Virus record (IMG/VR): IMGVR_UViG_3300031853_000013
Coordinates: 1 to 64,000 of that record
DNA: 64,000 nucleotides
Reading direction: 5' to 3' (one strand)
Source: a virus
Lineage: Duplodnaviria; Caudoviricetes
Made by a program: the position numbers and the translations under genes. The notes beneath the pieces were generated by a model. That model searched no databases, was not told the origin of the DNA, and worked only from the letters and a program-made list of their open reading frames with translations. Each line of letters opens with the position of its first letter. Positions within the stretch are counted from its first letter, which is position 1. Below are positions 18,558 to 28,550 of the stretch, piece by piece.

Positions 18558-19199
18558 TTACTTCACAAAATCGCATGCCTTAATTTTAACAACAAGTCGA
18601 TTACCGAGACGATCGAACAAATCGTTTTCCGGTTTAGCTACAACACCTTCCATAGGAGCATTTCCAATTGTACTCATGGGTCTAGCTTTGACGTATTCCA
18701 CTGCTTCTGGTAAAGTCATCCTTCCAAGAATAGGAACTACTTCCACACCAAAGCATGTGCCGATATCTTCTATGGACTCGCGCTTAAGCCATACATCGCC
18801 GGCCATGACATCGAACATAATAAAAGCGACATCATCTGGCCGATATAGAGAACCATTCTTCTGGATCTTTTTTCCATATCCCTCGCCGTATAATGTAACA
18901 GAACAGCTTCCAAATTTCTGCTCGAATAATTCTTCGGCCTCCAAGGTACAAAATGTCGAGTTCAAATAGTTAACCAAGTCAGACGGAATCTGAGCGCGAT
19001 CAGTTCTGCCGGCAAGTTCTACTCTATGTCCGTCCCAGCAAACACGAATATTGGTTCCATCGATTTTTTCAGTAATGACCCATGGGATATTCCGCAACAT
19101 TTCTACCGTCTCGTTACGATAATATCCCTCAATAAGCTTTTTAGTTCCCTTAACGTCTCGATTAAAGATCGCTTCAATTTTATGATATTCTCTGATCAT
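18558..19199 (-). CDS. Rnl2-family RNA ligase (nucleotidyltransferase domain)
   Basis: Motif I EKIDGTN, LYGEGYG, FIMFDV, EGVVAKP, KIK. Confidence 0.85.
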   Translation of the reverse strand: MIREYHKIEAIFNRDVKGTKKLIEGYYRNETVEMLRNIPWVITEKIDGTNIRVCWDGHRVELAGRTDRAQIPSDLVNYLNSTFCTLEAEELFEQKFGSCSVTLYGEGYGKKIQKNGSLYRPDDVAFIMFDVMAGDVWLKRESIEDIGTCFGVEVVPILGRMTLPEAVEYVKARPMSTIGNAPMEGVVAKPENDLFDRLGNRLVVKIKACDFVK

Positions 19200-19218
19200 A
19201 ATTCATTACCTCCATTGA

Positions 19219-21315
19219 TTAAAATTCGATTCTGTATACCTTAGTATCGGTATCACTTACTACCTTGACAACGAGTTCAGCCCTTCTGTCGAGAGCAAAA
19301 CCCAGTCCAGAAAGCTGATCGTCAGCGCTTTCGACTCTCATCTGACCGCCAAGAGCCTCCATTACCTTACGATGGTTGTAAAGATCCGATACGAGATACT
19401 CATTGAACATCCCGCTAGGAGTCTCGTCGCTAAGGCAATCCTTTAACATAAACATCAGATGCTTATGCCCACAAGGATTTTCGCAAGCAGCCCAGTAGTT
19501 GGGAGAATAGCAAACAGCCGATACCGGAACGAACTTATTAGTGGGTACATTCCAGATGGTACGAGTGGATTCTCCTTCCTCAGGGATAACATGCCCAATA
19601 GTGAATGCCCCGTTACGATCGAGATATACCCTTGCTACCACAATCATGTCATCGGTCTTCATGGGCTTGTTATAGTCGTACTTGAAAATCCGACCATCAT
19701 ATTCGATCTCAGCTCGGAAACCTTTAAGAGCCGATCCAGAATACTGATGAACGGCAAAGATGTAATATCCCGGCTTCATATGCTTGCGATCCTCAAACGT
19801 AATGTTCTCAACCGCGATCTTGCCATCAGGACGAATGATATCGACGTCAAGCTGGCCGCCATTCCTGGAAACTCTAGGCGCCCTGTAGGTTCCATAGTAA
19901 ATCTCCTCCCCATTAGCCTCAACACAGTGAGCATCAAGATCACAATTGTCATGTCCATCCTCGTTCCACTGAATAGAGAATCTCAAATCGCCAGTTACAT
20001 TACCACCAGCTGCCTTGACTCTCACCTTCATATCGCTATCAGCAAGATTACCAGAGTAAGCCCAGCTGAAACTATTGCCCCACTTGAACATGGACTTGGA
20101 GTCGCCGTTTACCGGAGCGATAAGGGACATGAAGTTGCTATGATGTTTATTCTCAACGTACGCTTCGATGTTACGAGCGGTAGGAAGAATATCATTAACG
20201 AACTCCTCAGCCGATACTTCAGGAGCGCTGTCAAAGTTCTTTGCTCTACCAACGGGCTTTACTGATGTCATACCGGAGAGAATATCAAATACATCGCCAC
20301 TATCCTTCATACGCTCTACAGAATCTCTGTCAGCAAAGAGCACATCGTTCACTGAAATATCGTCCAGCTTAGCGAAACGTCTTGGAAGTGAATCTAAATA
20401 TCCAAGCTCTGAAATGGTCTTCTTTGCGTCTTCGAGCATTTTCTTCGTGAAAATAGGCTTCGGACGACGGTAGTTCGTAGGTGCTGTAACGACTTCATAT
20501 CTTCCTACAGCTTCCTCGACATCCATACCATTAGACAGGTCAACGAGAAGAGTGCCGATGGCCGTATTGCGAATTCTGCAAACGTTAAACCCTGCCTTTA
20601 CAGAGTTCTCCCAAGCGAAACGAGGATATGTTGTGAAAGATCCATGATATGCGATCTTATAATCTCTGAATGCCTTTACCGTCTTGTAATAAGTATCACC
20701 CTGATACAAATTATTGGATTCACACAGCTCAATGACGGTATCGAGAGCGCCAATATCAATTTCTTTCAGTGCCCTCTCAAACGTCTCCATGCCTGTCTTA
20801 TACTCATTGAGCTTGGCATTTCTCGATAACGAATCCTTGACTACATAACACTCGGGAAGTTCGAGATAGAAGTGATTGAACTCGCGTCGTTCCCCTCCAG
20901 GATACAGCGAAAAATTGTGATGTACTCCGATCTTAGCCTCCCTGGAAAGGAAGACATTTTCAATGCCGTCTGCGATACCGTCGGTAACAGCTTGCTGTCT
21001 TATATATACACCCATATTATCAAGCATATAACCATAATCAGGATCGGTATACAATTCAGGAATATCCCAGATGGTTCCAAGTACACCATCATTAATTGTC
21101 ACAACATTACCGATCTGCTTGATAAAGTGTCGGCAGCAAGAGCAGTCATACTCTCGTCTTACTTTGAAGATCGGGTTCTGTTCATCAGTGAACGAATTTA
21201 GATATGTCTCCCAAAGTTCATCTTTATCGAGTTTGACCGTAAACAGCGGCGTATTATCGGCTGTCATCTCGGTGAAATGTGCGATAATAGCGTCTCTCAT
21301 TTCTGCAAAAGTCAT
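19219..21315 (-). CDS. 698-aa phage protein with YfaP/DUF2135-like C-terminal domain
   Basis: LRFSIQWN...DLDAHC...GGQLDVD...AVENI. Confidence 0.65.
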   Translation of the reverse strand: MTFAEMRDAIIAHFTEMTADNTPLFTVKLDKDELWETYLNSFTDEQNPIFKVRREYDCSCCRHFIKQIGNVVTINDGVLGTIWDIPELYTDPDYGYMLDNMGVYIRQQAVTDGIADGIENVFLSREAKIGVHHNFSLYPGGERREFNHFYLELPECYVVKDSLSRNAKLNEYKTGMETFERALKEIDIGALDTVIELCESNNLYQGDTYYKTVKAFRDYKIAYHGSFTTYPRFAWENSVKAGFNVCRIRNTAIGTLLVDLSNGMDVEEAVGRYEVVTAPTNYRRPKPIFTKKMLEDAKKTISELGYLDSLPRRFAKLDDISVNDVLFADRDSVERMKDSGDVFDILSGMTSVKPVGRAKNFDSAPEVSAEEFVNDILPTARNIEAYVENKHHSNFMSLIAPVNGDSKSMFKWGNSFSWAYSGNLADSDMKVRVKAAGGNVTGDLRFSIQWNEDGHDNCDLDAHCVEANGEEIYYGTYRAPRVSRNGGQLDVDIIRPDGKIAVENITFEDRKHMKPGYYIFAVHQYSGSALKGFRAEIEYDGRIFKYDYNKPMKTDDMIVVARVYLDRNGAFTIGHVIPEEGESTRTIWNVPTNKFVPVSAVCYSPNYWAACENPCGHKHLMFMLKDCLSDETPSGMFNEYLVSDLYNHRKVMEALGGQMRVESADDQLSGLGFALDRRAELVVKVVSDTDTKVYRIEF

Positions 21316-21384
21316 AACTAATTACCTCCATCAAAATATAAAAGACTAAAGAGAGCTGTAAATAGCCCTCTTTAGCCAAGAATA

Positions 21385-21618
21385 TCAGTCCTTTTCTTCA
21401 CGGGTTCTCGTCCATAACTCGTGAAGTGCAACCGCTGTCAAGATACCGGACACTATTGCTGTGCCTGCGGTAATGGGTAGCATGCTTAGTATAAACCATC
21501 CGTCGGTTTCCCAATGGAAACCTAAGATGTATATAAATCCAAACATGCCAAATCCAATACCATAGCCCAATAGTACCAGTACGATGTACAACGATTTTGT
21601 GCTCCACTCTTTCATCAT
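21385..21618 (-). CDS. Small two-TM membrane cassette protein
   Basis: Two hydrophobic helices; hairpin at 21346-21375. Confidence 0.7.
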   Translation of the reverse strand: MMKEWSTKSLYIVLVLLGYGIGFGMFGFIYILGFHWETDGWFILSMLPITAGTAIVSGILTAVALHELWTRTREEKD

Positions 21619-21657
21619 AGTCAAAACCTCCTTTAATTTAGTTAGGATTTTATTCCT

Positions 21658-21682
21658 ATAAAAGGAGTTGAAAATGATGCGA
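21658..21682 (-). promoter_or_regulatory. TCGCA element 12
   Basis: TCGCA TCATTTT CA ACTCC TTTTAT. Confidence 0.78.
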
Positions 21683-21689
21683 AGATCCT

Positions 21690-22814
21690 TTACTTATTCT
21701 GTCTTGCCCAGGAGTCATTATCGAGTGCTACATATTCAGGATCGCCGGCGTTAGCAATCGCCTCTTCACACTGATCATAAACCTCGTCCAGCTCCTCAGG
21801 ACTCAGATCGTTCTTACCTTTAATGCCCCACTTGATCTTGTCCACAATCACGCCGTCAACGTTGAAATCAAGCACGAGTTTTCTACGAAGATAACCATTG
21901 TTTCGTTCGATAATGTTTCTGAATCTCGGATCGGTGTAGCAGAGATCAATGCCGAAATCGATATACCCGTCGCCATCCGGATTATCCTTGATCCAGCCGA
22001 CAATCTGACCCTCGGGAGTAGGCGTAAGACCGAGCATTGTATAAACGTCATTCAGGAATACGTAGCCGATTCTATTGAGCTTTTCATTAGCGGCTTCCTG
22101 CTGTGCCTGCAGATAAGAAGTGTTCCAGTAGTTGTTGCTGTCATTATTCTGATAGCAAGCAGCATGCTCCTTATCATAGATTCTCGCATACGGGGAGCCC
22201 AATGGGTAGTCAATTTCCTCGGTAGTCTCGAGCACAGTTTCTTCGAGTCCGGTTTCGGGATTAACCTTCTTAACTTCCTTGGTTACTTCCTTAGTGCCAT
22301 ACAGATACTTAGCGTCAAGTTCCTTACCGCCATCCTTGATTACTCTCTGGCGATATACCTTGAACGCACTATCGATAGCCGTATAAGCAGTCAGAAGAGC
22401 TGCATTACGATCTCTCAGGATCTTGTGGCTGAACAGAATAAGCGCGATACCAGTTACGATAAATCCCACGGCCGGTGCGTATTCCTTAGCAACCTTGAGT
22501 CCAGTTCTGATAGCAGTACCAGCAGTCTGACCGTATACAGTCATCTTGTCCTGCTGTGCATCCTGTGCATCATAACCCTTGAGAGTCTCATTATCTACAG
22601 CCTCATCGATTTCTTCGAACTTATCCTTTGCATACTCAACTGCCTCATCTACTTCCTTCTTAAGATCGGCCTTCATAGCATCAACCTTGAGGGTAGCTTT
22701 GCAGGCAAAGAAGATGCCAGCGCCTACAGACAGAATACCAGCACCAATAAGAATCTCCGGTGCAGCTTCCTTGACATTGTCCTTGACTTTAGTCATAAAC
22801 GCATTAAAATTCAT
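21690..22814 (-). CDS. DUF6353-like phage protein
   Basis: APEILIGAGI...YAPA...RNAALLTAY...GYVFLNDVY...VGW; paralog at 36034-36897. Confidence 0.7.
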   Translation of the reverse strand: MNFNAFMTKVKDNVKEAAPEILIGAGILSVGAGIFFACKATLKVDAMKADLKKEVDEAVEYAKDKFEEIDEAVDNETLKGYDAQDAQQDKMTVYGQTAGTAIRTGLKVAKEYAPAVGFIVTGIALILFSHKILRDRNAALLTAYTAIDSAFKVYRQRVIKDGGKELDAKYLYGTKEVTKEVKKVNPETGLEETVLETTEEIDYPLGSPYARIYDKEHAACYQNNDSNNYWNTSYLQAQQEAANEKLNRIGYVFLNDVYTMLGLTPTPEGQIVGWIKDNPDGDGYIDFGIDLCYTDPRFRNIIERNNGYLRRKLVLDFNVDGVIVDKIKWGIKGKNDLSPEELDEVYDQCEEAIANAGDPEYVALDNDSWARQNK

Positions 22815-23007
22815 AATTGTTCCTCCTTGTAAGAACTTTTAAATTAAAATTAGATCATACGAAAATATCAAGTCAGCTGTTTGATCATTACAGCCGACTC
22901 ATGCTTCAGAGTATACATATTTCTACATCATACTCACCTCCTTGACACAAAGGCTAAAGAGACCTGTTAAGATCCCTTTAAGTCTATAGATTATTTCCTA
23001 TACTTTG

Positions 23008-23235
23008 TTAGAACATACAATCGCATGGGATGTAGGCTGGATACAGCTTTTCTTCCATGATCGCATTCAGTGTAGATTTCAGAGTGTCAATCTGTCTAGG
23101 CAGATCCTCGTCCTTTCTTTCTCCTTCCTTGAGAATTACCGGAACGAATTCCGCCAGCTCATACGCCTCCGTAACCTTGTCACATGCGCTCAGAAGAGTC
23201 CTCGCATCATGTACATCCATAATCTTCCATGTCAT
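23008..23235 (-). CDS. Hypothetical cassette protein
   Basis: AAGGAGG RBS; hairpin at about 22954-22980. Confidence 0.7.
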   Translation of the reverse strand: MTWKIMDVHDARTLLSACDKVTEAYELAEFVPVILKEGERKDEDLPRQIDTLKSTLNAIMEEKLYPAYIPCDCMF

Positions 23236-23277
23236 AATTGTTTCCTCCTTTAATATAGTAAGACATCTCTGCCTCCT

Positions 23278-23302
23278 ATAAAGAGAGGTGCTTAGTTTGC
23301 GA
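23278..23302 (-). promoter_or_regulatory. TCGCA element 13
   Basis: TCGCA AACTAAG CA CCTCT CTTTAT; overlaps the stop of the upstream gene. Confidence 0.8.
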
Positions 23303-24747
23303 GGCCGGCGTCATATTTAAGATAATACTTATCGATGTTGGTTTGTGCTTTCTCGTAGATGAAGACTTTGGCAACAATACTAATTACAAACACGGCAGCT
23401 CCGATAGTACCAACAGTTTTAGCGGCCTTCTCTAGGCCAAGCTGAGTATCAACAAATTCATCGCGGACTTCTTTCTTTAATCCATCACGAATATCAGCAA
23501 GTTCTTCCTTATCGATTCCGTGGCCAAACACCATCTTACCAACCGACTTTACGTGCTCGACGGTTTTCTCAAATTTATCCTTGACCATTTCTGTTCCTCC
23601 CTCCAGAATATCAATAATTTTCTCACACGCTTTTTCGACTACAGTGTCAGCACGTTCAGCAGTATCGTCATATACATCGTCCCGTTTACGAGTGATCGAT
23701 CCAATAACGCAACCTACAAGACCAGCTGCAGCTGCGATTAATAACTTTTTAATCATGTTGTTCCTCCTTTAAATTTTCTGGCAAATCCGGTAATGGCATG
23801 ACTGCTAGGAACTTCTCAGGCCAATCCCAGAAATATATACAAGATTCGTCGTTGGCGTTTCTATAGCCTAATGATATGACCTCGATGGAGCTACAAGGAT
23901 CAATGTGCATCTTGATTTTCATTGGCGTCTTGTATCCTTTAATCCACGCCAGATAAAAGTAATGATCCTTGAAGCCATACGTCTCTAAGAATTCATCGGT
24001 ATCAAAGTTGTCATGACCAGACTCAAATCCTTTATCTTTGTTAAACTTGAAACAGTCATAATCAAAGACTGTCCAAGCAGGCTTATCAGTGTAGACCAAT
24101 GTACCTCCATTCAAGATTTGTTCGCGAAGTTGGTTATAATACTCGTATGACTTTGCTATGTTTTCTTTCGCCGCAGCACGAAAATACGGAAAATTGCCGG
24201 TGGACATGCTGTTGAGATTTGATACTAAGATTGCCTTTAACTGCTCCTCGGCTACTTCAACCCAAATATCTTCAAACGTTTTCATCAGTAATGCCTCCTA
24301 GCATATTGATATATGCGGTTCCTTCGCACAATTTCTGACATTGCTTAGCCAAAATATCATCTACGATTTCGTCTTCTGTACGATATCGCATCACGAATAT
24401 CTGACCAGTTCGACGTTTCCATAACCGTCCATTCTCGTCTCGTTCATGAACATACGCTCGGTCGCAGACTTTATGAAACTCGTCTACAGGTTCGGTATGT
24501 TTAGGAAATATTTTTCTCATTTTCATTAGAACATCCCCTCTGTGTAGTCCTCTCGCACATCATACCCGAAGAACCAGTTCTCATGTTCGATTTCATCTAC
24601 TGGGAAATCAGCCGGTACTTTAGTCACAAGAGTTGCAAAATCCGTATAACCAGCGTCCTCGTGGTTCATATTATAATGTCCACAAAGCTCTTCAATACGG
24701 TCAGTTGCCACATGATTATTCAAAGTTTCGATAAACATATATTCCAT
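23292..24747 (-). CDS. Four coupled hypothetical genes (23292-23756 membrane, 23749-24285, 24272-24526, 24526-24747)
   Basis: GGAGG RBSs; overlapping start/stop codons. Confidence 0.65.
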
Positions 24748-24821
24748 TGTTATTACCTCCAAATATAAAAGAGAAAGGAGCCTGGTTAAGACTCCTCCAG
24801 TATTTTCTTAGCCCATAGATC

Positions 24822-25205
24822 TCACTCAAGTCCGTAGGAAGGTTTAAGTTGCTCTATATCATACCAAAAGCAAGCCACTGACAGCATATCGTCATGACAC
24901 GCGGCATACTTATGTAAATTACGGCGATACTTTTGCCACGTTCTGTATGATATTTTCGACATGTATGTAATCCATACATAAACGTGCGCTAAATTAAAAT
25001 ATAAACCATGCTTTACCTTTGTAATCTCCCGTCTCCGATACTTATATGGCACGTACTTAACAGTCGGAAGTGGACGCGAATATCCAGAATCATTCGAACT
25101 TGCCCAGTGTCTTACAGTACGGGGCTCCACATCAAGAAGCTCAGCAAGTTCTCTAGTCGTCACATAGGTTTTGAATTGCTCCATCTCGAGTGTAACTCCT
25201 CTCAA
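24822..25205 (-). CDS. HTH DNA-binding protein, possibly prematurely stopped
   Basis: YVTTRELAELLDVEPRTVRHWAS; frame continues past TGA as DLWAKKILEES to a TAA inside the hairpin. Confidence 0.6.
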   Translation of the reverse strand: MRGVTLEMEQFKTYVTTRELAELLDVEPRTVRHWASSNDSGYSRPLPTVKYVPYKYRRREITKVKHGLYFNLAHVYVWITYMSKISYRTWQKYRRNLHKYAACHDDMLSVACFWYDIEQLKPSYGLE

Positions 25206-25420
25206 TTGTTGTATATATTAATGATTACCGGCTTGCTGTTTCTCTGAATCATCGAGAATATCAATGCCGCACCCGACAGTAAGCACGCCGTAATAAGAAG
25301 TTTCTGCCCATTCTCGCCAGTAGTAGCCTCATCGATCTTCTTCTTGACTTCTTTTTTAACAGTCTTAGCAGACTTCTTCATGGTCTTTCTAGTAAACTTG
25401 TCGATCATTTCTTCAAACAT
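25202..25420 (-). CDS. Small C-terminal TM protein
   Basis: Lys-rich N-terminus, one TM helix. Confidence 0.65.
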   Translation of the reverse strand: MFEEMIDKFTRKTMKKSAKTVKKEVKKKIDEATTGENGQKLLITACLLSGAALIFSMIQRNSKPVIINIYNN

Positions 25421-25481
25421 AACTAATTACCTCCAAATTAAATATAAAAGAAAAAGGAAAGGGGACGAATCCCCAATCCAA

Positions 25482-25958
25482 TTAGATCAGCCAAGGATCT
25501 GAATTTACTATAGCGTTAGTTACTCTTTCATCCGTGATATCAAATTCATCTTTAGCATTAAGCACAGCCACTACATCATCGTCGAATCTCTCAACGTATA
25601 TAGACTGACCATTCTTCAGCCGCATTTCTCCGATACCATAGACGTAGTTTCCGTATCCCTCATCTACAATTTCCTTCAAACTCTTGTCCGAAAACTGAAT
25701 TCCTTCTTCGTCCCTCGTTCCAGGCTGTACCAACGTAAAACTTTCTCCTAATCCAGCTTCTTGTCGTTCAAGGTTGTGAGCAATTACTCGTTTCGCACCA
25801 TTATAGCAACCAGATCTGTAGGATACTACACCAGTAATTGCACTACCAACAATTGTTGTGCCGATAGCTGTGATCACCGGATGATCCTTGACCCAGTTGT
25901 AGCCGCGAACGATACCGTCCTCGATCTTGTCCCTTACCTTTTTAAGCTTCTCGTTCAT
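25482..25958 (-). CDS. Membrane-anchored cassette protein
   Basis: WVKDHP plus TM; same architecture as 6979, 38964, 39989. Confidence 0.75.
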   Translation of the reverse strand: MNEKLKKVRDKIEDGIVRGYNWVKDHPVITAIGTTIVGSAITGVVSYRSGCYNGAKRVIAHNLERQEAGLGESFTLVQPGTRDEEGIQFSDKSLKEIVDEGYGNYVYGIGEMRLKNGQSIYVERFDDDVVAVLNAKDEFDITDERVTNAIVNSDPWLI

Positions 25959-26001
25959 GATAGAACCTCCTTGAAAATTATTCGAAGTCGTACAGACCTC
26001 T

Positions 26002-26026
26002 ATTAAGAACCTTGTCTCTTTTGCGA
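26002..26026 (-). promoter_or_regulatory. TCGCA element 14
   Basis: TCGCA AAAGAGA CA AGGTT CTTAAT. Confidence 0.8.
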
Positions 26027-26206
26027 GACCTCTTCATTGAGCAGCTTTTCCATACATTTATGACAATCGAGATCACACTCGGTGCATACTGTATCGGTCA
26101 TAATATCATAAAAACAAGTACCGCCATATCTTTTATTAGCATTATTGCAGCACATATACAGTATGTCAATCATTGCCATCTTGTTCAGTTTCTCTCTCCA
26201 GGTCAT
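26003..26206 (-). CDS. Small Cys-rich protein
   Basis: MTWREKLNKM...CTECDLDCHKC; GGAGA RBS. Confidence 0.55.
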   Translation of the reverse strand: MTWREKLNKMAMIDILYMCCNNANKRYGGTCFYDIMTDTVCTECDLDCHKCMEKLLNEEVSQKRQGS

Positions 26207-26316
26207 TGTCGTTAATCTCCCTTCCTGATATATCAAGCCAATGTGAGCCATTCCAGCAATCCCAACACTCAAAAGGATCACCGGGACCGGCATGATAACA
26301 AGTCTTACACGTTCGG

Positions 26317-26832
26317 TTATTCAAACCATGCGTTGATCTCTGCGATTTCGTCTTTGGTGAATCCGAAGGTTTGGTCGTGTTGTCTGGTTTTCCATTCAGT
26401 ATAAACATTTGTGATTCCTTTACCAAATATTACTTCATAATGATCATTATCTATATCAAATCCCATATAGTGTCTGCCGGTGAAATCTTTCGAATCAAGC
26501 ATCGAAATATAAATGTCACTGATGTTGCGAATTGGATTCTTGATTACTGCGTCCCGTCCGTCGCGTCTTGTATAGAACGCTTTAGTAACATTATACTTGC
26601 GCTTAACGTTAAGACTGTGAATCATCCATAGCTCGTTCTTATATACAGTAATCCAACTGCCATAGAGATGACCGTCTCCAGCATAAATATAAAAATTACC
26701 GTATACTGATAATGGAGCTCCTCGATGATACACATAATCAGGTACATGCATATCATACACATCCATGAATTGTCCTGCGTCCTTATTAACAAATGCTCCA
26801 TTCTTTTTCATCATAGCGCCATAGTCTTCCAT
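26317..26832 (-). CDS. Hypothetical protein
   Basis: AAGGAGG RBS before MEDYG. Confidence 0.7.
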   Translation of the reverse strand: MEDYGAMMKKNGAFVNKDAGQFMDVYDMHVPDYVYHRGAPLSVYGNFYIYAGDGHLYGSWITVYKNELWMIHSLNVKRKYNVTKAFYTRRDGRDAVIKNPIRNISDIYISMLDSKDFTGRHYMGFDIDNDHYEVIFGKGITNVYTEWKTRQHDQTFGFTKDEIAEINAWFE

Positions 26833-26873
26833 CGCTATCCCTCCTTGAAAAAAGAAAAGAGGCAAGGCAGCTG

Positions 26874-27080
26874 TTACGCCGCCTCGTCCTCATAAGTTAC
26901 CAACCAATAATAGTCTCTGTCAAAATACATGTCTCTATTGTCGCCGTGTCTGTCAATAGTCCACGTCAGAATAACACCATCTTTGCTGTGCTCTACGGTA
27001 TAATTCCAACCATTTTCAGCACATTCTGCCTTGATGTATTCCTCAGCAGAAATTCTGTTCAAAGTTTCAATAATCAACAT
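26874..27080 (-). CDS. Small cassette protein
   Basis: AAGGAG RBS; stop inside hairpin; weak similarity to 24526-24747 (IETLN). Confidence 0.7.
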   Translation of the reverse strand: MLIIETLNRISAEEYIKAECAENGWNYTVEHSKDGVILTWTIDRHGDNRDMYFDRDYYWLVTYEDEAA

Positions 27081-27122
27081 AATGATCTCTCCTTTTATTA
27101 TTAGTAAGGTATATTACCTTCT

Positions 27123-27147
27123 ATTATAGGAGTTGAAAAAGATGCGA
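27123..27147 (-). promoter_or_regulatory. TCGCA element 15
   Basis: TCGCA TCTTTTT CA ACTCC TATAAT. Confidence 0.8.
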
Positions 27148-27153
27148 GTATAG

Positions 27154-27492
27154 TTATTTCCACGGTAGATCTTTATCATCAGGTGGTCCAAGATAAGTCT
27201 TGACAATCGCCTTCTTAACACTCTTGAGATACGCTACTGTATCACACGTATTCTCAGTAACTTTCATATTGGTAAGAAAGAAATCAAGACTTTCAATACG
27301 ATCAGTTACCTCGTCGATCATATCGAGGATTCGGTTTACCACCTCAGGATCGTCGAGCCAAAATCCTTGCTGGTAAGTTTCCTCATCAATCGGTATAAAT
27401 TCTGAAAAATTATTACAGCAATTACAAGGAAAATCTTTCCCTAGCATTTGATTATACTTGCAAATACATTCGTTACACGTAACTTTAGCCAT
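27154..27492 (-). CDS. Cys-rich hypothetical; paralog of 28308-28511
   Basis: KVxCxxC...CxxCxNxSxFxP...WxxDP shared. Confidence 0.65.
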   Translation of the reverse strand: MAKVTCNECICKYNQMLGKDFPCNCCNNFSEFIPIDEETYQQGFWLDDPEVVNRILDMIDEVTDRIESLDFFLTNMKVTENTCDTVAYLKSVKKAIVKTYLGPPDDKDLPWK

Positions 27493-27503
27493 AGTTATAC
27501 CTC

Positions 27504-28202
27504 TCATGCATAAGCAATATTCTTTGCTTTGTGCTTCCAGTTGTAAGCGCACTGAGTCGTTACTCCAAACATCTCTACCATCTTAGCATTGCCGAGCTTA
27601 TCATACATGTTCAGAAACGTAATAGCCTCCTGCTTGTTTCTAAACAGCGATTCACGTGTCTTAGCTTTACGATTCTGCAGTCTATATATGAGCTTAGCTT
27701 CGGCATCTTCAGGAATCACTTTAGGCTCGACTTTACATGAGCTGGCACTCTTCTCGACGATCTCATTGTCGTTGTTGGTGATTTCTTTCTTTTCCATAGT
27801 CTCTCCTTTAACTTCTTCCGCCGTGTCATTACTGACGAAGCCAAAATATCTTTTTGTTTCCTGCATAATAACCTCGATAGATTCAGGCGAGAACGTATAA
27901 TAATACTTCGCAAAGAACTTAACATCCTTGGTCTGAATCTGACTGAGAATGATACGGGAAGTAATATCTCCTTTAACAAACACGATATCATGATCAGTGT
28001 ACTCAGACTTATTAGCATTTGTTGTAAGCGGTGCACAAGTGATATGTCCACCGTAATGCTTAATAATTACGTACGGTCTGGTTCCATTGATTACCGTGGA
28101 GCCTTGATTTCTCAGTGCACTAGTAATTTCCTGCGGCTCCTCAACCAGCCATACCTGACCAGTAGCGAATGTAGATGTCCCAAGCTTCTTTTCAATACTC
28201 AT
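27504..28202 (-). CDS. PemK/MazF-like domain protein with C-terminal HTH-like segment
   Basis: GQVWLV...GTRPYVII...CAPLTT...IILSQIQT. Confidence 0.6.
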   Translation of the reverse strand: MSIEKKLGTSTFATGQVWLVEEPQEITSALRNQGSTVINGTRPYVIIKHYGGHITCAPLTTNANKSEYTDHDIVFVKGDITSRIILSQIQTKDVKFFAKYYYTFSPESIEVIMQETKRYFGFVSNDTAEEVKGETMEKKEITNNDNEIVEKSASSCKVEPKVIPEDAEAKLIYRLQNRKAKTRESLFRNKQEAITFLNMYDKLGNAKMVEMFGVTTQCAYNWKHKAKNIAYA

Positions 28203-28307
28203 AATAATTTACCTCCAAATATAAAATTATTGACAATAGTTAACAATGGTTTCCAATAAAGTAAACAAATTTGAATACTGCTCTTCAATAGGCAACTCGG
28301 TAATCGC

Positions 28308-28511
28308 CTAAATATTGAGCAATAGTTCCGTTGCGTCTTCACACAAAAGTCTTAATTGGCGTCTAATTTTAGGATCCTCGTGCCAGCTAGATCTTAATAT
28401 CAATTCTGTCCCGATAACTGAGGGTGTGAATTTACTGCCGTTAAGGCATTTTTCACATAACACTCCGCCAGTATAAGATTGATATAGACAATCATCGCAT
28501 AATACCTTCAC
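28308..28511 (-). CDS. Cys-rich hypothetical, possibly prematurely stopped
   Basis: GTG start with AAGGAGG; frame stays open 26 codons past TAG. Confidence 0.55.
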   Translation of the reverse strand: MKVLCDDCLYQSYTGGVLCEKCLNGSKFTPSVIGTELILRSSWHEDPKIRRQLRLLCEDATELLLNI

Positions 28512-28550
28512 GGCTTTGTCCCTCCTTTAAAAAGAAAAGAGGAAGGGGCA

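Noticed and set aside
13072-28511. Stop-codon reassignment
   Set aside because: Apparent premature stops are of all three types, and long late genes such as TMP are intact in the standard code
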